NCBI GenBank assembly: GCA_046757665.1
Contig: JBHHYO010000085.1
Span: forward strand, 1-10,785
From: Nitrospinales bacterium
Lineage (GTDB): Bacteria; Nitrospinota; Nitrospinia; Nitrospinales; JAJDAT01
Reading direction: 5' to 3'
DNA length: 10,785 bases
The notes under the pieces are model-generated. The model was not told the DNA's origin. It did not search any database and saw only the letters and a program-made list of their open reading frames with translations. A program made the position numbers and the translations under genes. Positions 1 to 7,756 of the stretch are shown here, in pieces. Numbering within the stretch: the first letter of the stretch is position 1; every line of letters starts with the position of its first letter.

Positions 1-48
1 ATGAACGATGCAATCAAAAAAACCTAAAACCTGAAAGGAGGCCCGGGT

Positions 49-105
49 ATGAACCGCCGCAAAAGCCGGCCGGAAAAAACGCCCGTGCGAAAGGTTCGAC
101 CCTAA
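49..105 (+). CDS. Putative 18-aa basic upstream ORF/leader peptide (MNRRKSRPEKTPVRKVRP) before flagellin
   Basis: AAAGGAGG at 34-41, ATG at 49 (7-nt spacing), TAA at 103-105. Too short for the ORF track; no homology evidence. Confidence 0.35.
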   Translation: MNRRKSRPEKTPVRKVRP

Positions 106-115
106 ATTGAAGCCT

Positions 116-137
116 GTTTTGGCAAGGATGCCAAAGC
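116..137 (+). promoter_or_regulatory. CsrA/RsmA-type binding hairpin in the flagellin 5' leader
   Basis: GTTTTGGCA-AGGA-TGCCAAAGC: 7 Watson-Crick pairs plus U-G and G-C extension, with GGA in the loop. A second AAGGA overlaps the SD (AAGGAGG 163-169), as in the CsrA-regulated B. subtilis hag leader. Confidence 0.7.
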
Positions 138-178
138 AACTTTGGAAATAACAAAAAAAATCAAGGAGGATTTTGACG

Positions 179-1036
179 ATGCCTGTAAGAATTTTCAACA
201 ACATCCCATCCCTGAATGCCCAACGCATCCTGGGCATCAACAACGATCGATTATCCCGATCGGTCGAAAGGATCGCGTCCGGCATTCGAATCAATCGAGG
301 GGCTGACGACGCGGCGGGGTTGGCGATCTCCGAGTCCCTGCGGTCGGACATCCGGGCGTTGCGCCAAGCCGTGAGAAACGCCGACGATGGCGTCTCGCTA
401 ATCAACATCACCGAAGGCGCTTTGAATGAACAATCCGGCATTCTGATTCGACTGCGCGAGTTGGCCTCGCAGGCGGCTACGGGAACGGTCGGCTCCACCG
501 AACGGCAAACGATCCAGCTCGAATTCAACGCCCTACGCAACGAGATCGACCGAATCGCCAACACCACGGAGTTTAACGGTCAAAAACTCGTTGACGGGTC
601 CCTGGCCTCAACCGTTACCTCAGCGAATCAAATCCTGATTCAAGTGGGCCTGGATTCCTCAGTCAACAGCCGGATTAACCTGAACACCGAGGTCGATTTA
701 ACGGCCATCACATCTTCCTCACTGGGAATTGATACACTCAGCATCACCACGGCAGGAGCGGCGCTGACTGCTTTGGAAAGCATGAACAGCGCCATCAGCA
801 AGGTGACCCAGGGTCGCGGCAAAATCGGCGCCGTCCAGAACCGGCTGGTGCGAGCCACCGCCAACCTGAACATTACCATCGAGAACCTGCAATCGGCGGA
901 ATCTTCCATACGGGACGCGGATATTGCTACGGAGGTGGCCTTGCTGACCCGGAACCAAATTCTGGTGCAGGCGTCAACCGCTATGCTCGGACAGGCCAAC
1001 CTGATCCCGCAATCCGTGTTGCAGTTGCTACAGTAA
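179..1036 (+). CDS. fliC: Flagellin, 285 aa, D0/D1 core with a very short variable region
   Basis: N-terminal ERIASGIRINRGADDAAGLAISE and RLRELASQA; C-terminal LQSAESSIRDADIATE...QANLIPQSVLQLLQ; no Cys/His/Trp/Tyr. SD AAGGAGG 163-169 favours ATG 179 over TTG 173. Confidence 0.97.
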   Translation: MPVRIFNNIPSLNAQRILGINNDRLSRSVERIASGIRINRGADDAAGLAISESLRSDIRALRQAVRNADDGVSLINITEGALNEQSGILIRLRELASQAATGTVGSTERQTIQLEFNALRNEIDRIANTTEFNGQKLVDGSLASTVTSANQILIQVGLDSSVNSRINLNTEVDLTAITSSSLGIDTLSITTAGAALTALESMNSAISKVTQGRGKIGAVQNRLVRATANLNITIENLQSAESSIRDADIATEVALLTRNQILVQASTAMLGQANLIPQSVLQLLQ

Positions 1037-1139
1037 TAAGAAAGTGTTGGCAAGCACTCTGGTACAACCCATCCCTGGTAAGCGAAGTAAGGCCCGTTCC
1101 GAATCCGGTCCGGTCAAATTGCAACACGATAAGGAAACT

Positions 1140-1190
1140 GTCCCATGGCAAAACCTTGGTTAAAGGCGCCACCATGGGACTTTTCATTTT
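1140..1190 (+). terminator. Probable intrinsic terminator after flagellin
   Basis: GTCCCATGG (1140-1148) / CCATGGGAC (1172-1180) perfect inverted repeat enclosing a CCTT/AAGG mini-stem, followed by TTTTCATTTT. Confidence 0.6.
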
Positions 1191-1222
1191 AAATTCCGAA
1201 AGCTTTCTAATATCTTAGCGTT

Positions 1223-2260
1223 ATGAAACCGTTAACAGTCGGATTAATCGGTTGCGGACGAATAGGCAGTCTGCTCGAAGAAGACCCTCTTCGAGGAAAA
1301 CCCTGCACCCATGCAGGCGGGTTCGAATCCGTTTCTTCGGTAAAGCTGATTGCCGGTTGCGACATTGACCCCGCCAGATTGAAACGGTTTGGACGCCGTT
1401 GGGGCGTCACCCGTCTGTATCAGGATTACCGGGAGATGCTTCGCCGGGAAAGCCTGGACATTGTGTGCATCGCCACTTGGACCCATTTGCATGGGGAGAT
1501 GGCAATCGCCGCCGCGCGCGCCGGCGTTAAGGGCATTTACTGTGAAAAACCCATCGCCGTGGAAGTCCGCGAGGCCAAGGCCATGGTGCGGATATGCGAA
1601 CGACGCAAGATTCCCTTGATCATCAACCATGAACGCCGATGGGACCCCTATTACCAACAAGCCCGAAAAATCATTTGTTCGGGAAAAATCGGCGAGGTGC
1701 GGACCATTGTCGGCAATGCCCTGTCCTGGAAACCCGGGAAATTGCCCGTCCAAACTTTCGGCGGAGGCGGAATGTTCCACGACGGCACCCACCTGCTGGA
1801 CCTGTTTCTTTTCTTTGGCGGCGATGTCGATTGGGTCTGCGGACATGAAACCCGCCCCCACGGAAAACGCTATGTTGAAGAAACCGCCTGCGCCATGATG
1901 CGGTTCCACAGCGGAGCGACGGGTTTCGTGGAAGGCGGCGGAGCCCGAAAATATTTCAACTTCGAATTGGACATTCAGGGCTCGGAAGGACGCCTTTGCA
2001 TCGGCAACGCCGGCAGGCAACTGTACATCACGCGCAAGAGCAAACGCTTTTCCGGATTCCATGAGCTGGAACCCGTCCCTTTCCCTACACCCACAAGCCG
2101 CCAAAACCCCTTCGTCGGCGGAGCCCGCGACATGGCCCGCTGTGTGCGCCGGGGAATCGAAAGCATTTCCAGCGGCCGCCATGGATTAAAAGCCCTGGAA
2201 CTGATTGATGCGATCTACCGCTCGGCGCAGTCCAGGGGAAAAAGAATCAAGCTACGTTGA
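1223..2260 (+). CDS. Gfo/Idh/MocA family NAD(P)-dependent oxidoreductase, 345 aa
   Basis: Rossmann motif VGLIGCGRIG, CEKP motif, NHERRW, GGGMFHDGTHLLD catalytic segment, C-terminal GLKALELIDAIYRS. Confidence 0.93.
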   Translation: MKPLTVGLIGCGRIGSLLEEDPLRGKPCTHAGGFESVSSVKLIAGCDIDPARLKRFGRRWGVTRLYQDYREMLRRESLDIVCIATWTHLHGEMAIAAARAGVKGIYCEKPIAVEVREAKAMVRICERRKIPLIINHERRWDPYYQQARKIICSGKIGEVRTIVGNALSWKPGKLPVQTFGGGGMFHDGTHLLDLFLFFGGDVDWVCGHETRPHGKRYVEETACAMMRFHSGATGFVEGGGARKYFNFELDIQGSEGRLCIGNAGRQLYITRKSKRFSGFHELEPVPFPTPTSRQNPFVGGARDMARCVRRGIESISSGRHGLKALELIDAIYRSAQSRGKRIKLR

Positions 2261-2323
2261 CCAGCACATTTCCCGGCCCCTTCCGCACATCAGTATTTTA
2301 CTTTTGACTTTCGATTGCGCCAT
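2252..2323 (-). CDS. Possible 23-aa small ORF or gene remnant (MAQSKVKSKILMCGRGREMCWST)
   Basis: Minus-strand AAGGAG, 5 nt, then ATG at 2323; TAG at 2254-2252. No homology evidence. Confidence 0.2.
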   Translation of the reverse strand: MAQSKVKSKILMCGRGREMCWST

Positions 2324-2368
2324 GGCTTCTCCTTTTTTGGGATATTAAAAATTTTTAATGGAAAAATT

Positions 2369-2398
2369 GCGACACCGTACAGCATTGTGGGCTATAAT
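2369..2398 (+). promoter_or_regulatory. Probable sigma70 promoter of the ABC operon
   Basis: GCGACA (2369-2374), 18 bp, perfect TATAAT (2393-2398); AT-rich upstream tract; SD AGGAGG before ATG 2434. Confidence 0.55.
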
Positions 2399-2433
2399 TT
2401 TCTTCGTAAGCATTCTCAAATTCAGGAGGATTC

Positions 2434-3369
2434 ATGATCGAGGTCAAGAATTTGACCAAATTCTATGGGCCGCGCCAGGCCGTGCGAAATCTCAGCTTTC
2501 AAGTTGGCAAAGGAGAGGTGGTGGGATTTTTGGGCCCCAACGGGGCGGGCAAAACAACCACCATGAATGTCCTCACCGGCATTCTCCCTGCCACGGACGG
2601 CTCAGTCAGGCTCTGCGGATTTGACGTTTTCGAAAATCCCCTGGAAGTCAAGAAAAGCATCGGCTACCTTCCGGAAAATCCGCCGCTGTATCAGGACATG
2701 ATCGTCGAGGATTTTCTGGAGTTTTCCGCAAAAATTCGCCGCGTCGAGGTGCCGAACATCCCGAAAGCCATAGACCATGTTGTTGCAAAATGCGGGCTGG
2801 GCAAAGTCCGCGGACGCATCATTGAAAAATTGTCCAAAGGTTATAAACAGCGTGTAGGCCTGGCCCAGGCCCTGATCCATAATCCGGATATTCTGATCCT
2901 TGATGAACCCACCATCGGATTGGACCCCATTCAAATCATCGAGATCCGAAGGCTCATCAAGGATCTGACTTCTTCCCATACCATCATTTTGAGTTCGCAT
3001 ATTCTCCCGGAGATCACCGAAATTTGCCAACGAGTCATCATCATTCACCAGGGGGAAATCGTCGCCGAAGATTCCCTGGCGGCCCTGAACTCCACCATGC
3101 GAAAAAACGAGCGCCTGCAATTGACCGTGCGCCAGGGCGGCAACGGAATACAAGATAAACTGTCCATGCTCGACAACGTCCTTGCCGTCCGCATCGTAAC
3201 CGAAAAACAATTTGCCATTGAGTGCAAGAGCAATTGCCACCTCCAGGACGAGATTGCCCGGCTGGCTTTGGCAAACCAGTGGGGCATTGTCGAATTGAAA
3301 CCCATCTCCCTGACCCTGGAGGAAATTTTTCTCAATCTGACCACCAAGGAAGCAGGGGTGAAGGCATGA
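2434..3369 (+). CDS. ABC transporter ATP-binding protein, GldA-like, 311 aa
   Basis: Walker A GPNGAGKTT, signature LSKGYKQ, Walker B ILILDEPT, H-loop SSH, C-terminal TLEEIFLNLT; strong SD. Confidence 0.95.
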   Translation: MIEVKNLTKFYGPRQAVRNLSFQVGKGEVVGFLGPNGAGKTTTMNVLTGILPATDGSVRLCGFDVFENPLEVKKSIGYLPENPPLYQDMIVEDFLEFSAKIRRVEVPNIPKAIDHVVAKCGLGKVRGRIIEKLSKGYKQRVGLAQALIHNPDILILDEPTIGLDPIQIIEIRRLIKDLTSSHTIILSSHILPEITEICQRVIIIHQGEIVAEDSLAALNSTMRKNERLQLTVRQGGNGIQDKLSMLDNVLAVRIVTEKQFAIECKSNCHLQDEIARLALANQWGIVELKPISLTLEEIFLNLTTKEAGVKA

Positions 3370-4139
3370 AGAATGCCTGGTTGATTGCCAAAAGAGACTT
3401 GGGAACCTATTTCAACTCTCCCATTTTTTACGTGTTGACGAGCGTGTTTTTGCTTCTCTACAGCTTTATATTTTTTAAAGTGCTCAGCCAGTTCAGCTTT
3501 GAAAGTTTTCGCGCCGGCCAGTTGACGCTGGAATTGGGGATGGCCCTGAGCCTGAACAAGATGGTGGTCGAGCCGTCCCTGCGCAACATGAGTTTTGTTC
3601 TGCTTCTCCTGGTGCCCGTGATTACCATGCGCAGTTTTTCCGAGGAGAAGAAAAACAAATCGATTTTTCTGCTTTTCTCGTCGCCCCTGCATTTGCGGGA
3701 TATTTTATTCGGCAAGTTTCTTGCCTGCATGACGGTAGTGACCTTGATGATATTGCTGACCACCTACTCCATGGGGTTTTTAGTTTGGTACGGCAATCCG
3801 GAAATCGGCCCCATCATCACGGGTTATGCCGGATTGCTTCTTTTGGCGACCTGTTTCGTCTCCGTGGGAGTATTCACATCTTCCTTGACCGACAACCAGA
3901 TTGTCGCCGCAGTAGCTTGTTTCGGCATTTCCCTGTTCATGTGGCTCATCGGCTGGGGAGCTGGAGCCGCCGGGGAAGCCTGGTATGGAGATGTGTTGCA
4001 ATTCCTTTCCCTGACCGATCACCTGGATCGTTTCCTCAGTGGCGTGCTGGACACCGCTGATGTCTTGTATTATCTTTCTTTCGTCAGCACGGGATTATTT
4101 TTGACCTATCAGGTCCTCGAATCCAACCGCTGGAGGTAA
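3366..4139 (+). CDS. ABC-2 type permease, GldF-like, 257 aa
   Basis: Start reassigned to ATG 3366 (ATGA overlap with the ATPase stop). IAKRDLGTYFNSPIFY, PVITMRSFSEEKK, SSLTDNQIVAA; about six hydrophobic segments. Confidence 0.92.
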   Translation: MKNAWLIAKRDLGTYFNSPIFYVLTSVFLLLYSFIFFKVLSQFSFESFRAGQLTLELGMALSLNKMVVEPSLRNMSFVLLLLVPVITMRSFSEEKKNKSIFLLFSSPLHLRDILFGKFLACMTVVTLMILLTTYSMGFLVWYGNPEIGPIITGYAGLLLLATCFVSVGVFTSSLTDNQIVAAVACFGISLFMWLIGWGAGAAGEAWYGDVLQFLSLTDHLDRFLSGVLDTADVLYYLSFVSTGLFLTYQVLESNRWR

Positions 4140-4141
4140 CC

Positions 4142-5746
4142 GTGAAACAATACGCTTCTGTTGCGAGTTGGCTGGCATTGGTTTCCGCCGTTGCCGCGTT
4201 GCTGGTTTATATCGTCTTTCCTGCGCGGATTCCGGTCGCGGTTTCCCTGGCGGCATTTGCCTTGTTGAACGGCTTGTATTTTTCCGTAGTCAACAAAGAG
4301 GAGATTCAACGGCGCCTCCGCGGGCGGACAGGCATACACGGCTCCAACACCCTGGCGCTTGTCCTGGTTTTTCTGGGTATCCTGATCTTCATCAACATCC
4401 TTTCCTACCGCCACAAACACCGGTTTGACTTCACTGAAGGCGGGTTTTTCACGTTGTCCCAGCAAACACGGAAAGTCCTTGCCGATCTCGACGGCGAAGT
4501 CAAATTGACCGCCTTCTTCAAAACGGACACCCAGGAGAAAAGAGATTTTAAAAACCTGATCGACAGTTACCTGGCGCTTACCGATAAAATCGACCTGTCC
4601 TACATTGATCCCGACTCCAATCCGTCACTCGCGAAGCAGTATGGCATCAAAGCTTACGGCGAAGTGGTTTTTGAAAACGGGCCCCGAAAAACCAAAATCG
4701 AGGAAACCACGGAAGACCAGCTGACCAACGGCATTCTGAAAGTGATCCGGAGCGAGACAAAGACAATCTATTTTCTCGAAGGCCATGGCGAAAAAAATGT
4801 GAAAGACATCGGACAAAGCGGATACTCCGTTGCCAAAAAAGCCCTGGAAAAAGTAGGGCGCAAAGTGAAAAAACTTTCTCTTTTAGAAACGGCCGAAATC
4901 CCCAACGACACGGACCTGCTGGTGATCGACGGGCCGATCAAACCGATCCCGGAAAAAGAACAAGACCTGATCGAGTCTTTTCTTGATACCGGCGGGTCGG
5001 TCCTGCTTCTGATCGACCCGAAAATCGAGGTCGGGATGATGGAAGCGTTCCTGGGGCGGTGGGGAGTCTCCATCCGCGACGATATCATCGTCGACCCCTT
5101 GTCGAAACTCTTCGGCGTTGACCGCGTCACCCCGGTCATCAAGGATTTTGCCCGGCACGACATCACCAAGGATTTTTCTTTGCCCGTCGTCTTTCCTCTT
5201 TTGCGTTCGGTTGCCGGTCGCCCCGTCGAAGGCTTGAAAGTCCTGGACCTGCTGAAGACGGGGCCCGAAAGCTGGTCCGAGTCCAATTATCAAGACAGCA
5301 AGTTCCAGTTTGACAAGGATGAAGATTACAAGGGCCCGGTCCCCGTTGCCGTGGTGACGACCAAACCGATTTTCAAACAGTCGGCCGCGAAAACCGACAA
5401 GAAAGACCCGTTATCCCTCACCCCGAAAGAGATTAAGGAATCCTCGCAAAAGTTAGCAGGCGGAAAACTCAGGGGAAAAGCCCGACTGGTCGTGATCGGA
5501 GATTCGGATTTCGCAAGTAACGAGTTTTTCAATTCCTCCGGCAACGGAGATTTTTTCCTCAATACGGTTTCCTGGATGATTCGCGAGGGAAACCTGATCT
5601 TCATTCGAGCCAAGGAAAGAAAAAAGAGCCCTCTGCAATTGACGAGCACCCAGGGCCGAATCATCTTTATAACCAGTATTTTTGTGGTTCCCGCATTGGT
5701 CCTGATTCCAGGAATCCGCAGTTGGTGGAGACGACGAGCCTTATGA
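4142..5746 (+). CDS. GldG-family ABC auxiliary membrane protein (ABC_transp_aux/GIFT-like domain), 534 aa
   Basis: GGAGG SD with GTG start; N-terminal TM helices; RFDFTEGGFFTLSQQT, IYFLEGHGE, LVVIGDSDF, GNGDFFLNTVSWM; C-terminal TM ending in WWRRR. Confidence 0.9.
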   Translation: MKQYASVASWLALVSAVAALLVYIVFPARIPVAVSLAAFALLNGLYFSVVNKEEIQRRLRGRTGIHGSNTLALVLVFLGILIFINILSYRHKHRFDFTEGGFFTLSQQTRKVLADLDGEVKLTAFFKTDTQEKRDFKNLIDSYLALTDKIDLSYIDPDSNPSLAKQYGIKAYGEVVFENGPRKTKIEETTEDQLTNGILKVIRSETKTIYFLEGHGEKNVKDIGQSGYSVAKKALEKVGRKVKKLSLLETAEIPNDTDLLVIDGPIKPIPEKEQDLIESFLDTGGSVLLLIDPKIEVGMMEAFLGRWGVSIRDDIIVDPLSKLFGVDRVTPVIKDFARHDITKDFSLPVVFPLLRSVAGRPVEGLKVLDLLKTGPESWSESNYQDSKFQFDKDEDYKGPVPVAVVTTKPIFKQSAAKTDKKDPLSLTPKEIKESSQKLAGGKLRGKARLVVIGDSDFASNEFFNSSGNGDFFLNTVSWMIREGNLIFIRAKERKKSPLQLTSTQGRIIFITSIFVVPALVLIPGIRSWWRRRAL

Positions 5747-7515
5747 AGTTCAAGGGAACTCTTTGGTTGTCGGTGGTTTTCCTGGCCACCGCCCTCTACT
5801 TTTTTTTCGTAGACCTTCCCGGTGAAGAGAAAAAAATACTCTCCGAAAAAATCCTGCTGTTTAACAAAAATGATGTCCAGGAAATGGTCATCGAAAAAAA
5901 GGACCAAACTCAGGTTCTGAAACGCAACGACAGTGGTTGGGAAATCCTCCAACCCGTGCAAAGCCTGGCAAACAACGCCGCCGTTGAAGACATCCTCTCC
6001 AACCTGGAAGACGCCCGGTTTACCCGGTCATTCGATCAGGACCCTTCCTCCGACCTCGCTTCCTACGGACTCAAGGAACCGGTTCTCAAGGTCACTCTTA
6101 AAATGAAAAACCGGGAGGAAAAAACTCTCCTTTTCGGCGACGACACACCCATCGGTTCTTTCATGTACCTGAAACGCGCCGATCAGCCGAAAATTCTCGT
6201 CACCCCCTTGTCGCGATGGCAGGTGGATCTGACTTTATACAAACTGCGAGACAAGACCCTCCTGCATTTCAGCCCCGAGGACGTTACCAAGGTGCAGTTG
6301 AAGCATGGCGATGAATCTTTTCAATTCATCAAAAAAGGCGACAAGGACTGGTTGTTTGAAACCGGAGCCGTGACGGGGGTCGGGTTGCCTCACATGATCA
6401 AACTCGTGCTGGATACCGTGGATTTGAATCCTGTGGTCACCTTCATCGAGGAAAGCGCCACCGATTTGAAGCCGTACGGCCTGGATCATCCCGCCATTAC
6501 CGTAACCTTTTTCACCAGGGACGGCGAACCTCCGCAAACCCTGATGATCGGTAACAAAAGAAAAGAAGAGGGCGAGGAAGAAGACGAGTTTTACGCCAAA
6601 ACAAACCGCGCTCCCAATGTATTTACCGTTCATAAAAAAATCATGGAGTTTCTGACCCTCGAGGGACTTGACTTCCTCGACAGAACCCTCATGTCGGTGG
6701 ACCCGACGAAGGTCACCCAGATACACCTGAAATCAGAGAACGGGGAAATCCGCGTTTTCCGGGACGAGAAAGAACACAGGCTATGGAAAATCTCAATGCC
6801 TATCCAAACCGCCGCCGACCAGGTCGCCGTTGCTTCCCTGGCGGAAAGACTGCATAACGCCAGAATCAGAAATTATGTCAAAGACCCGGCAAAAGATATC
6901 AAGACTTACGGCTTGGACAAACCGCAAAAAGAGATCACCGTCCTTAGCGGAGAAAACTCATCTTCCTCCCTCAAAATAGGAAAGAAAACCAAAGACGGAA
7001 AACAATATTATGTTTTCTGGCCGCGGAGCCCTTCCGTTATCACTCTGGTGACCGCCCAGTTTGTGCAAAAAGTTTTCCCCAGCCTCCATGACTTGAGATT
7101 GAAAAAGCTTCTCGTCTTTAAAAGCGACGATGTGGGAAAAATACGAGTCCAATATGCCAACCGAACATTTGAACTCGAAAAAAAGGGCCAAAACTGGAAC
7201 CTGTTGCAACCCACAAAAATCGAGAAAATATCCGATTCCATCGGACCGAGTATCGCCCTCACCCTGCAACTGCTTGAGTTCGATTCCTTGATCGAATCCC
7301 CGTTGGCCCGCAAAGTAACAGGCCTAGACAAACCCACGGTGACTGTAACCGTTTGGAGCCATACCAACCGAAAATTGGGAACGGTGCTTGTCGGAAAACT
7401 CATCAAGGGCAAAAAACTGTTTTATGCTCAGGTAAAAGACAAACCCTCGCTTTACCGGATACCCGCCAATTTCCTCGAGCAACTGCGCGACAGCTTGCAA
7501 GAAGTATCGTCCTGA
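5743..7515 (+). CDS. DUF4340 domain protein with N-terminal membrane anchor and four tandem ~140-aa repeats, 590 aa
   Basis: Start reassigned to ATG 5743 (ATGA overlap). MKFKGTLWLSVVFLATALYFFF anchor; repeated (Y/T)GLxxP motif at 6064, 6475, 6907 and 7318; usual position after a gldG-like gene. Confidence 0.88.
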   Translation: MKFKGTLWLSVVFLATALYFFFVDLPGEEKKILSEKILLFNKNDVQEMVIEKKDQTQVLKRNDSGWEILQPVQSLANNAAVEDILSNLEDARFTRSFDQDPSSDLASYGLKEPVLKVTLKMKNREEKTLLFGDDTPIGSFMYLKRADQPKILVTPLSRWQVDLTLYKLRDKTLLHFSPEDVTKVQLKHGDESFQFIKKGDKDWLFETGAVTGVGLPHMIKLVLDTVDLNPVVTFIEESATDLKPYGLDHPAITVTFFTRDGEPPQTLMIGNKRKEEGEEEDEFYAKTNRAPNVFTVHKKIMEFLTLEGLDFLDRTLMSVDPTKVTQIHLKSENGEIRVFRDEKEHRLWKISMPIQTAADQVAVASLAERLHNARIRNYVKDPAKDIKTYGLDKPQKEITVLSGENSSSSLKIGKKTKDGKQYYVFWPRSPSVITLVTAQFVQKVFPSLHDLRLKKLLVFKSDDVGKIRVQYANRTFELEKKGQNWNLLQPTKIEKISDSIGPSIALTLQLLEFDSLIESPLARKVTGLDKPTVTVTVWSHTNRKLGTVLVGKLIKGKKLFYAQVKDKPSLYRIPANFLEQLRDSLQEVSS

Positions 7516-7578
7516 AACCCTGGCCTCCAGCCGGGGAAACAGCTCTCCCCTCCGCCATATCCCATAAACAACGGTTCG

Positions 7579-7625
7579 CTACTTCATATAGTGGGTGACG
7601 GATATTACTGGCCTATATATGGTGG
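7579..7625. promoter_or_regulatory. Upstream tandem pair of NrdR-box-like sites
   Basis: ctaCTTCATATAGtgg (7579-7594) and ggcCTATATATGGtgg (7610-7625) versus consensus acaCwAtATaTwGtg; starts are 31 bp apart. Confidence 0.55.
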
Positions 7626-7669
7626 CTTTTAGCAATTCGAAGACAAAAAACCCTCCCGAAAAATCACAA

Positions 7670-7682
7670 TAACCCATTGATT
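7670..7682 (-). promoter_or_regulatory. IHF-binding consensus site
   Basis: Minus strand AATCAATGGGTTA matches WATCARNNNNTTR exactly, within an AT-rich tract. Confidence 0.5.
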
Positions 7683-7726
7683 TTTCAATCATTAATTAAA
7701 ATATTGCATTATTTTCCATTTATCTC

Positions 7727-7756
7727 TTGACATAGTACAATATATAGTGGTATGGT
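7727..7756 (+). promoter_or_regulatory. Sigma70 promoter overlapped by an NrdR box
   Basis: Perfect TTGACA (7727-7732), 18 bp, TGG-TATGGT (extended -10; hexamer 7751-7756); AT-rich UP-like region upstream. Confidence 0.7.

Noticed and set aside
20-105. c-di-GMP-I riboswitch upstream of flagellin (CGCAAAAGCC...GGCC resemblance)
   Set aside because: The GGCAAAC-stem-GNRA-stem-GACGCAAAG arrangement cannot be built from the sequence.
1-178. sigma28 or sigma54 promoter for flagellin
   Set aside because: No TAAA-N15-GCCGATAA or TGGCAC-N5-TTGC match; the promoter probably lies upstream of the window.
1244-2182. 312-aa minus-strand ORF
   Set aside because: Antisense shadow of the well-supported oxidoreductase, with no recognisable motifs.
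7518-7550. GC-rich hairpins after the DUF4340 gene as an intrinsic terminator
   Set aside because: Two mutually exclusive stems with no following U-tract.
2358-7598. Many alternative-frame and antisense ORFs inside the ABC operon, and the longer starts at 3222 and 5722
   Set aside because: They overlap genes with clear family motifs; ATGA coupling supports starts at 3366 and 5743.
7676-7689. ATTGA-N4-TCAAT as an FNR site
   Set aside because: Half-site spacing is 2 bp shorter than TTGAT-N4-ATCAA; better explained by the overlapping IHF consensus.
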